14,031 bases of DNA from a bacterium (lineage in GTDB: Bacteria; Hinthialibacterota; Hinthialibacteria; Hinthialibacterales; Hinthialibacteraceae). The stretch is taken from the NCBI GenBank assembly GCA_041946805.1, contig JBHGBC010000160.1, forward strand, positions 1 through 14,031. The letters run 5' to 3'. A model generated the notes under the pieces. That model made no database searches. It was given only the letters and a program-made list of their open reading frames with translations, and was not told the origin of the DNA. The position numbers and the translations under genes were made by a program. Positions 1 to 6,750 of the stretch are shown piece after piece. Positions within the stretch are counted from its first letter, which is position 1. Each line of letters starts with the position of its first letter.

Positions 1-503
1 TATTCGATCTGCAAGCCGCCGCCGATGCCGTAATGCGGATGCACCACCCCCAGCGTGCCTTGCCAGGATTCGGCGTGGTCCAGGAAAAGAATTTCTCCGG
101 TCATGGAGGGCCGGTACGTTCCCTCTTTCCAGCGGATCTGTAGCAGCGGCAGATAGACGCGTTCGGGCCGGTTGACCTCCTGCTCGATAAAACCGGGATC
201 GCCCTCGACGCATTCCGGACGGGTATTCAGCACAACGCGCAAGTACTTGTCCAACGATCCCCCCGGCATGGGAATGATCCGGATGGTGCGGCCCATGTAG
301 GTCAACAGGTTGCCGTCATGCCAGGCGTCGAACAGCTGGCCTTCAATCCATTCCTCGGAGGTGGCGGTGCGGACCAGGGACGCGCGGCCGGGCCACAACA
401 GCAATTGAAAAGGCCGCGTCCCCGGATGCGAATCGCCCTGCGCACGCGCGGCCGGGCTGTATGCCAAAAACAACGGGAGGAAGAAAATCAGTGATTTGTT
501 CAT
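1..503 (-). CDS. Secreted hypothetical protein, partial (runs off the left edge)
   Basis: Not in the ORF track. Reading the minus strand from the ATG at 503 gives an open frame to the edge: MNKSLIFFLPLFLAYSPAARA|QGDSHPGTRPFQLLLWPGRASLVRTATSEEWIEGQLFDAWHDGN...HPHYGIGGGLQIE. It has a Sec-type signal peptide ending in A-R-A and GC3-rich codons. Confidence 0.8.
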   Translation of the reverse strand, partial: MNKSLIFFLPLFLAYSPAARAQGDSHPGTRPFQLLLWPGRASLVRTATSEEWIEGQLFDAWHDGNLLTYMGRTIRIIPMPGGSLDKYLRVVLNTRPECVEGDPGFIEQEVNRPERVYLPLLQIRWKEGTYRPSMTGEILFLDHAESWQGTLGVVHPHYGIGGGLQIE

Positions 504-891
504 TTCGGATTTTGTAGAAATAATGCCAGGGGCGCGGTAGCGAAGCCGGATAAACCGATCCCATTTCAACGATAGTAGACGTCTATTTCTTCGACACGCG
601 CCAAGCCCGGCAAGCCGCCGGATCAAGTGAATCCAAACCATTGATTTTCATGATCATGCGAATCTCATCCCCACGCGGCGTGTGAAATATTCCGGTTTTT
701 TCCCCACTGGGTTACATTTCGCGATGGAGTAGGTATACTTCCCATCAGATTTCCGGCGTGCTCTTCCTGATTCTAAATGATAAGCGGACTTGATGATAGG
801 ACCGGATCGAAGTTCGTTCTCATCCTGATGCCGATCAGCATAATAAATCAAGTAAATATAGGATGTTTTATACAACTGGACCAAAAAAATC

Positions 892-921
892 TTGACAGGT
901 GTTTTACACCTATGGTAATCT
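892..921 (+). promoter_or_regulatory. Sigma-70 promoter upstream of the sigma factor gene
   Basis: Perfect TTGACA (892-897), 18-bp spacer, extended -10 TGgTAATCT (913-921), and an A-tract just upstream (883-889). Confidence 0.65.
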
Positions 922-936
922 GACTTATTCAGTCAG
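897..936. promoter_or_regulatory. Two inverted repeats (candidate operators) overlapping the promoter
   Basis: AGGTGT-TTT-ACACCT (897-911) lies in the spacer. CTGACT-TATTC-AGTCAG (920-936) covers the predicted start site. Confidence 0.45.
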
Positions 937-1163
937 GATATGGAAGATGATGGTCTTATAGACAAGGGGATGATTTTGAACTGTCTTCTCTGTATTTATT
1001 GGTAGTAAAAAGGGCTGAATCCATTCCCTCTCTGGATTCAGGGGGATTTTATGAACCGGAGACCATAACGGAATTTCACTTCAAACGTTACTCATTCACT
1101 TCAATAGGAGTAATTGCATCGGATTGTAAAACAATAACCGGATGGTTTAGGAGTTAGTGCTCT

Positions 1164-2807
1164 ATGACCTTCACGCTTGCGTCAACCAGTCTGTACAAAG
1201 ATGTAGACCTCTTGGATGACGACACGTTAAGCCTGGGGCTCGAGTTGGAGGAGGATGATGAACATTCCTACTTTCCTTCCGCCACTCGTCACCTGCAGAT
1301 CCCTGGGGCCAATGAGGTGGACCGGTTCGCGGACAAGGCGTCCCGCCGGCGGTCGGCCCATAACAGTCTTCGTCTCTATTTGCGGGAAATCGGCAGCATT
1401 CCTCTCCTGACCAAGGAAAACGAGCAGGAGATTTCACAGCGGATGCAGGACGGCCGCCAGCGCATTTGCATCGGGGTGGCCCAGAGTTTTCAAGCCTTAC
1501 GCGACCTGTTGGAGATCGTGGATGGAGTGAAAAAAGGAACCCGGCGGCTGGACGTCATCATGAACACCGCGCCGGAAAACGTGAAAACGGAAAAGGAATT
1601 CGCCCGTTTTCTCGCGAACCTGCGCCGGAAATTGGACCGCATGATCGTCAAGATGCATGACGCCATGGAGATCCACAAAACCGACCCGGCCAAAGCCAAG
1701 GAGTTGTTCTTCAAGGGCGGGGAGGATCTGTACAAAATGGGATTCGCCCCGGAAACCATTCAGGAAGTCGCCACGGACCTCAAGCGCCGGGCGATCCAGG
1801 CCGACCGGGCGATCAAGGAACGCGGCCGGATCGAATCGCTCCTCAAGGTAACCCCCAAGCAATCCGAACTCCTGGCGGCCCGGGGCCGATTCACTGACAA
1901 AATCTTGGTTTCCCTGTCCCGCAAGTCCCATCTGAAAAAAGAAGAGATTCAATGTTATCTGCTGAAACTGGTGGAAAGTAAAAACGTCCTCCAGAAGATT
2001 CGAGACGCGGGGGACGATCCTCTGCGTCTGTTCCGGGCGGTCAAGATCATCCGCAAGGGCGAGAAGGAAGCCCAACGCGCCAAGATGGACCTGGTGCGCG
2101 CCAACCTGCGCCTGGTGGTCTCCGTGGCCAAGGGCTTCCGCCACCGCGGCGTGCATCTGTTGGACCTGATCCAGGAAGGGAACATCGGCCTGATGCGGGC
2201 GGCGGAAAAATTCGACCACCTGCTCGGTTTCAAGTTCAGCACCTACGCCACCTGGTGGATCCGCCAGGCCATCTCCCGCGCATGCGCCAGCCAGGCGCAT
2301 GACATCCGCATTCCCGTGGGATTGCAAGGCACCTGGCACCGGATCACCAAGGCGTCCGAGGAACTGCAACAAGAACTGGGCCGCGAACCGACTCCGGAAG
2401 AGATTTCCAACCGGGTGGACATCCCGGTCAAGAAATACATGAAACTGGCGCGGGTGGTCCAACGCGCGGTCTCATTGGAAACCCCCATCAACGAAAGCGA
2501 GGACAGTTTCCTGGGCGACTTCATCGAGGACGTATCGGTCGATTCGCCGGTCGACAACGCCAGCCATAACTCCCTGGAGGGCGAGATCGAACAGGCGTTG
2601 GAAACCTTGACCGAACGCGAGGAAGCCGTGCTGCGGCTGCGGTATGGCCTCGACGACGGGCAGCCCCGCAAACTGGAGGAAGTGGGCAACCGCTTCGGCA
2701 TCACCCGTGAGCGGGTGCGGCAGATCGAAACCAAGGCCATCCGCAAACTCCGCCACCCCTTGCGGGCGCAGCGGCTGAAGGGCTTTCTGGACGGATTGGC
2801 GTCGTAG
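1164..2807 (+). CDS. rpoD: RNA polymerase sigma-70 factor, RpoD/SigA family, probably a divergent paralog rather than the housekeeping copy
   Basis: Region 1.2 ([16 protein letters not shown]), a large non-conserved region, region 2 ([35 protein letters not shown]), region 3.2 ([16 protein letters not shown]) and region 4.2 ([27 protein letters not shown]). AGGAG at 1149-1153. No dnaG upstream. Confidence 0.93.
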   Translation: MTFTLASTSLYKDVDLLDDDTLSLGLELEEDDEHSYFPSATRHLQIPGANEVDRFADKASRRRSAHNSLRLYLREIGSIPLLTKENEQEISQRMQDGRQRICIGVAQSFQALRDLLEIVDGVKKGTRRLDVIMNTAPENVKTEKEFARFLANLRRKLDRMIVKMHDAMEIHKTDPAKAKELFFKGGEDLYKMGFAPETIQEVATDLKRRAIQADRAIKERGRIESLLKVTPKQSELLAARGRFTDKILVSLSRKSHLKKEEIQCYLLKLVESKNVLQKIRDAGDDPLRLFRAVKIIRKGEKEAQRAKMDLVRANLRLVVSVAKGFRHRGVHLLDLIQEGNIGLMRAAEKFDHLLGFKFSTYATWWIRQAISRACASQAHDIRIPVGLQGTWHRITKASEELQQELGREPTPEEISNRVDIPVKKYMKLARVVQRAVSLETPINESEDSFLGDFIEDVSVDSPVDNASHNSLEGEIEQALETLTEREEAVLRLRYGLDDGQPRKLEEVGNRFGITRERVRQIETKAIRKLRHPLRAQRLKGFLDGLAS

Positions 2808-2867
2808 GGTTCGAGTGCCGCTTATAGCCAAGGATATCAACTCCAGGGTTTTAATCCAGGATTTATT

Positions 2868-2916
2868 CCCAGGGTTAAAACCCTGGGCTATTTTAAAACC
2901 GTCCCCTGAAGGGGAC
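2868..2916 (+). repeat. REP-like double hairpin, family A; may also act as the sigma gene terminator
   Basis: CCCAGGGTT-AA-AACCCTGGG-CTAT followed by GTCCCC-TGAA-GGGGAC. Related degenerate copies at 3054-3099 (inverted) and 12643-12688. Confidence 0.7.
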
Positions 2917-2977
2917 TCATCACAGAGTAACCGGGGGATTGGGACAATCTGTAGGTGGAAGTTTAACGAATAGGTTT

Positions 2978-3009
2978 CCTCTCATCACGGCCCTCTTCCC
3001 GGGGGAGGG
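2978..3009 (+). repeat. CCCTCACC-type REP-like palindrome, family B (degenerate)
   Basis: CCTCTCATCACGGCCCTCTTCCCGGGGGAGGG matches the window consensus CCCTCACCCYGGCCCTCTCCCnnnGGGAGAGGG. Confidence 0.65.
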
Positions 3010-3053
3010 TAACGAAGTGAGATCTTTTTACTGTTTTCAAAACTGTTTTTTTA

Positions 3054-3099
3054 GCGCTAACGGCGCGTCATGAGCATAGCCCAGGATGTGAGCCCTGGG
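3054..3099 (-). repeat. REP-like double hairpin, family A, inverted degenerate copy
   Basis: GCGC-taacg-GCGC then ATAGCCCAGG-atgtgagc-CCTGGG, the reverse arrangement of 2868-2916. Confidence 0.55.
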
Positions 3100-3122
3100 A
3101 TGGTAGTAACCAAAGTAATCAA

Positions 3123-3157
3123 TCCCCTCTCCCCCTGGGAGAGGAATAGGATTAGGG
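3123..3157 (-). repeat. CCCTCACC-type REP-like palindrome, family B, inverted copy
   Basis: Minus strand reads CCCTAATCCTATTCCTCTCCCAGGGGGAGAGGGGA. Confidence 0.65.
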
Positions 3158-3295
3158 AAGCTCTGTAAGGACGCCTTATAGACTATCCGTGCCGCCGAGT
3201 AACCCATAGCAAATTGTTTTTTTCTTCTACTTTGCAACAACTCAACAGAACCTAATCATTCACCCGAAGAGGACTTCTATTAGGTATTCGTGATA

Positions 3296-3321
3296 GTAGG
3301 GGCACGTGGCAACGTACCCTA
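3296..3321 (+). repeat. GTAG-tagged REP palindrome, family C
   Basis: GTAGGGGCACG-TGGCAA-CGTACCCTA: a GTAG tetranucleotide at the foot of an imperfect GC-rich hairpin. Confidence 0.6.
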
Positions 3322-3436
3322 TTTTTGTGCAACGACTTGTTTGATTTCATAACCGGCTGTGGTTGATAGACAAAGCGGGCGCGTGGTGACGGAATAGAGC
3401 CATCCTCCAATACTCTATCTCCTCGATTTGAAATGG

Positions 3437-3736
3437 TCAGAACCGGGGCAGTCTGGAAAACCACGAAACCACCGGATTCTTCACGGGGGGACGTTCCGGG
3501 GGAGTGGGATGCTTCACGGGCTCGGATTGAGCACCGGTTTGGATTTCGTTATTCCATGGCACGGATGCTTGGGGAGTCTCACGCACGGGGGCCGGAGCCG
3601 TTGTCCCGGTGTAATAGTCATCTCCGCGGGCGTTGTACATTTGGGGATTGTACTGGAAGAAGCACCGCATGCACACCACCGTTTCCGACGGACGGCCGCA
3701 AATAATGCAATCTTTCAAGGAATCATGACTGGGCAT
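3437..3736 (-). CDS. Small hypothetical protein with an N-terminal CxxC-x8-CxxC zinc finger and a Pro-rich tail (99 aa)
   Basis: The ATG at 3736 follows AAGAGGT at 8-nt spacing, a better start than the GTG at 3775. Sequence MPSHDSLKDCIICGRPSETVVCMRCFFQYNPQMY...PPERPPVKNPVVSWFSRLPRF. Confidence 0.55.
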   Translation of the reverse strand: MPSHDSLKDCIICGRPSETVVCMRCFFQYNPQMYNARGDDYYTGTTAPAPVRETPQASVPWNNEIQTGAQSEPVKHPTPPERPPVKNPVVSWFSRLPRF

Positions 3737-3871
3737 TGCCGCATACCTCTTTCCACAGGTACACAACGCCCTCACCCAATCCCTCAGAACATGGGAATTC
3801 CATTACATGAAAACCTACTTTATCACGAATTCCTTCGCATTACTAGAGTTATCGGATGAAAAAACTGTTTC

Positions 3872-3900
3872 TTGAGCTGCGCCTAATGTCCAATTATCAT
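3872..3900 (+). promoter_or_regulatory. Possible sigma-70 promoter
   Basis: TTGAGC (3872-3877), 17 bp, TATCAT (3895-3900), in AT-rich intergenic DNA. Confidence 0.3.
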
Positions 3901-4275
3901 TTGATTTAAGACCGGTGACTTCAAGCAATTCCATATATATGGGGGGGTTGAGGGGGACCTGTGTAGCAGGGATTGTGTATTCTTAATTTTCCTAAAATTT
4001 TTGAATGGAAAAGCAAAGGCCACGTCTCAACAAGTGAGAGAGTGAAGGCAGATTGGCGGGCAAGTACAAAAAAGCACGCAAAAAAAAGCACAAAACAGCA
4101 CACCGGCTCGCATCAAAAGGGATTCTCAATCATGAAATCAGGTTCATCTGACCAGTGCGCACCGGATGGGGAAAATGGTTTTTCAATTCCCTTACTTCGG
4201 ACCATGGGAAACCTGTTGCCTTCCCGGCCAGCCTCGCGGAATCCGCCGGGGAGACCTGCGCCGGGAAATGATTTG

Positions 4276-4310
4276 CTCTCACCCTGGCCCTCTCCCAGAG
4301 GAAGAGGGGA
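4276..4310 (+). repeat. CCCTCACC-type REP-like palindrome, family B
   Basis: CTCTCACCCTGGCCCTCTCCCAGAGGAAGAGGGGA. Confidence 0.7.
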
Positions 4311-4383
4311 TCGCGGGTGGCTCTCTCCCACCCGTCGAATCGATCTCCGGCCATGCGTTCGGAAAAAAGCCTGCACTTACCGG

Positions 4384-5274
4384 ATGAACCTGAAAATATT
4401 AGCCCGTAGTCTTTTGACTGCGATTATGGCCGGGATCTTGATTGCAGACGCGCAGGCTCAGACGTACCGGTATGGTTATATCGTCTACAAGCCCGATGGA
4501 ATCCAAGGCCTGAACGCTGAAAAATTGGTGGAGCATCTGCACGCGGACGGAATCCGGGGAAACGCGGTGGCCGCGATGAATGAGATCTGGAACCGCCGCC
4601 CCGAGGGCATCACGGCGGCGTTGGAAGCGGCGCTCGGCTCGCCGGATTGGCAGCAGCGGCAAATGGCGGCGGAAATATTGCGCGGCATCGAGACCTTCGC
4701 ACCAACCAATCGTTTACTGGAAGTCACCGTGGAAGGATTGCGGGATGATGCCCTTCCCTTTGATGAGAATGGCTTCGGGGTGTTCGCTTTCAATGCCTTT
4801 TCCGGGACCCGGTATCTTCTCAAGCATCCGAAGGAAGGCACGGATATTTTGGTCAAGGCCTTGGAATCGGACGACAGCCAGCAGCGGTTTCTGTCCGCCT
4901 ATGTGTTGGGAGCGACCGGGCGGGGCGGGGCGATTCAACGAATCACCGAAATCCTCCTCCCGCATCTCCAGGACGATGAAGTGTGGGGGAACGCGTGCAT
5001 GGCGGTAGACGCGTTGTATCATCTGGGTCTGGAAGTGATGCCATTTCTGGAACCGTACCGGGACTTGCTGGATGAACAACCGCGGCAGGCGGCGCGGCTT
5101 GTGCGGATGGACCTCGAGAATCCGCCGCGGACGAAAGAGGAACGCCTGGCCCGCCGGAAGGACCACACCCTGCCGGAATTGCATCCGGATCCCTGCGTGG
5201 AAGAAGGATTGGAACGCTATATCCTGTCGTGGAGCAATCCGAACCGGAAGCCGCGGTTTTTGTTAAAAAATTAG
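4384..5274 (+). CDS. HEAT-repeat protein with a predicted signal peptide (296 aa)
   Basis: Start moved to ATG 4384 (MNLKILARSLLTAIMAGILIADAQA|Q) because the upstream in-frame extension translates AT-rich DNA and a REP element. HEAT-like units: LEAALGSPDWQQRQMAAEILRGI, LVKALESDDSQQRFLSAYVLGAT, LLPHLQDDEVWGNACMAVDALYHLG. No clear Shine-Dalgarno, so the start is uncertain. Confidence 0.8.
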   Translation: MNLKILARSLLTAIMAGILIADAQAQTYRYGYIVYKPDGIQGLNAEKLVEHLHADGIRGNAVAAMNEIWNRRPEGITAALEAALGSPDWQQRQMAAEILRGIETFAPTNRLLEVTVEGLRDDALPFDENGFGVFAFNAFSGTRYLLKHPKEGTDILVKALESDDSQQRFLSAYVLGATGRGGAIQRITEILLPHLQDDEVWGNACMAVDALYHLGLEVMPFLEPYRDLLDEQPRQAARLVRMDLENPPRTKEERLARRKDHTLPELHPDPCVEEGLERYILSWSNPNRKPRFLLKN

Positions 5275-5333
5275 TAATCGAGCTATTGATGGTTTTGAGG
5301 GTGTCCTAGGGTCAATAAAGGAGTGGCGGCCCG

Positions 5334-5579
5334 ATGCGGAACCTGGTGGTATCGATCATGGTTTTACTGATTGGGATGCAATTCGCGGCGCGAATCCAAG
5401 CGCGGCGGAAGGCGCGCGTCCGGGAAGCGCAACAAAGCCTGGACGAGCTGATCCGGGATCTGCGCGAGGATGACCTGCGGGCGGCCGCCCAGTTGCTCCA
5501 ACAGGAAAAACGGATTTCGCGCGAACCAGAAACCCACGCCGCGTGGAATCCGCCTCTTCATTCGGAAGCCGCAAAGTAA
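5334..5579 (+). CDS. Small membrane-anchored hypothetical protein (81 aa)
   Basis: AAAGGAG upstream; hydrophobic N-terminus LVVSIMVLLIGMQFAA followed by a basic then helical charged segment; GC3-rich codons. Confidence 0.7.
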   Translation: MRNLVVSIMVLLIGMQFAARIQARRKARVREAQQSLDELIRDLREDDLRAAAQLLQQEKRISREPETHAAWNPPLHSEAAK

Positions 5580-5640
5580 GAGGCCACGGATGACCCTCCT
5601 CGATCCATCTTCATACCCATATCACCAGAGGGGGGTGATG

Positions 5641-5695
5641 CAGGATCTGATTCGGGATGGTCCGGATTGGCAGGATGTCCAGGATATTCGGGGAT
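5641..5695 (+). repeat. Degenerate 9-bp-period (C)AGGAT tandem repeat, family E
   Basis: GGAT at 5643, 5655, 5664, 5673, 5682 and 5692. It is the reverse complement of the ATCCTGnnn units at 13971-14031 and lies between convergent genes. Confidence 0.6.
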
Positions 5696-5735
5696 TACGC
5701 TTGATCAATCCACTGAGGTTTTGAACCATGGGGAA

Positions 5736-6731
5736 TCAGGGCAATCCCAACACGGCCTGGACCGCATCGAGAACCCGGGCGTGGATGCGGCCGTTGGTGG
5801 CCACGATGCCGGTGTTGGCGGATAACAGACGGCCGGGCGTAAAATCGATGGGATCGCCGTTCAGGCCGGTGATTTCGCCGCCCGCTTCCTTGAGGACGAT
5901 CCAGCCGGCGGCGTGGTCCCAGATTTTCTCCCGGTAATCCGCGCGCGTGGGCAGGCGAAGGTAGATGGACGCGTCGGCGCGCGCCACGGCGGCGTACTTG
6001 CACTGGCTGTCCATGCGCAGGGGAGGGATCTCAACACCCAGGCGTTCGATGATTTTGCGGGCGTCTTCATGCGACGAATGCGCGGCTTCCACTGATTCGC
6101 AGACTACCACCTCGGCGGGATCCTCGGTGTCCGATACCAGGATGGGCTTTTCGCGTCCGTCCTCCAGCCCCCGCATAACAGCGCCCTGCCCCCGGGCCGC
6201 CACAAACAGATAGCCACAATCGGCCTCGGATTCCAGCCAGTTGAGGGGGTAGTTGGGACATCCCAGGATGCCCAACACCACCTGGCCGTTTTCCACCAGG
6301 GCCAGAGAGACCGCGTATTGCTCCTGGCGGAGAAAGCCCTTGGTGCCGTCGATGGGATCAATGGTCCAGAAGCGGCCCTGGGCCCCGCCCGGATGCGTTC
6401 CCCGGCCCAATGCGGCGAGGATTTCCTCTCTTTCCACACGCCCGTGGACGGATTGGACGTAGTGGATAATCCGTTCGGTCAGGGTTTCATCGCCCAGTTC
6501 CAACAAATCGTCCGCGCTTTCCTCGGCCACGATGGGATCCCCGGGGAAGGCGTCCCGCAAGGCCAGGCTGATCGCAGCCTGTGAACCGAAATCCGCGGCG
6601 GTGACCGGCGAGCGGTCCGCCTTGATCACGGTTTCCGAGGTCACCAGTTGGGATTGCACGAGTTGGCAGAGGCGGCACGCGCGGGTCACCGCCTCCACCC
6701 CGAATCTTCTTTCTTGCTCGTAGTCCGCCAT
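5736..6731 (-). CDS. 3'(2'),5'-bisphosphate nucleotidase, HAL2/SAL1-type (inositol monophosphatase superfamily)
   Basis: Motifs K.DRSPVTAADFGSQ, IVAEE, FWTIDPIDGTKGFLR..QYAVSLAL, ESVE..HS, MDSQCKY..VARADASIYLRLP and EKIWDHAAG are typical of HAL2-family PAP phosphatases. Confidence 0.92.
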   Translation of the reverse strand: MADYEQERRFGVEAVTRACRLCQLVQSQLVTSETVIKADRSPVTAADFGSQAAISLALRDAFPGDPIVAEESADDLLELGDETLTERIIHYVQSVHGRVEREEILAALGRGTHPGGAQGRFWTIDPIDGTKGFLRQEQYAVSLALVENGQVVLGILGCPNYPLNWLESEADCGYLFVAARGQGAVMRGLEDGREKPILVSDTEDPAEVVVCESVEAAHSSHEDARKIIERLGVEIPPLRMDSQCKYAAVARADASIYLRLPTRADYREKIWDHAAGWIVLKEAGGEITGLNGDPIDFTPGRLLSANTGIVATNGRIHARVLDAVQAVLGLP

Positions 6732-6750
6732 ATCTTCTCTAGCCGGTGAA

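Noticed and set aside
343..884. Short minus-strand ORFs 343..564 and 654..884
   Set aside because: The first is out of frame with the better 1..503 gene. The second lies in AT-rich promoter DNA with atypical codons.
1497..2462. 321-aa ORF antisense to the sigma gene, and similar shadow ORFs at 8359-9063, 9999-10664 and 12619-13308
   Set aside because: They fully overlap confident genes on the opposite strand and show shadow-frame composition.
3252..3464. 70-aa minus-strand ORF, or TGA readthrough from the zinc-finger ORF
   Set aside because: The 70-aa ORF runs through a GTAG REP. Readthrough would add only about 30 featureless codons, and I see no SECIS-like hairpin or redox motif at the TGA.
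3428..3859. 143-aa plus-strand ORF overlapping the zinc-finger ORF
   Set aside because: TTG start without a Shine-Dalgarno and no motif. The minus-strand ORF has a good Shine-Dalgarno and a Cys4 pattern.
3973..4383. 137-aa N-terminal extension of the HEAT protein in the ORF track
   Set aside because: It translates A-tracts and a REP element (SPWPSPRGRG). A signal peptide begins at ATG 4384.
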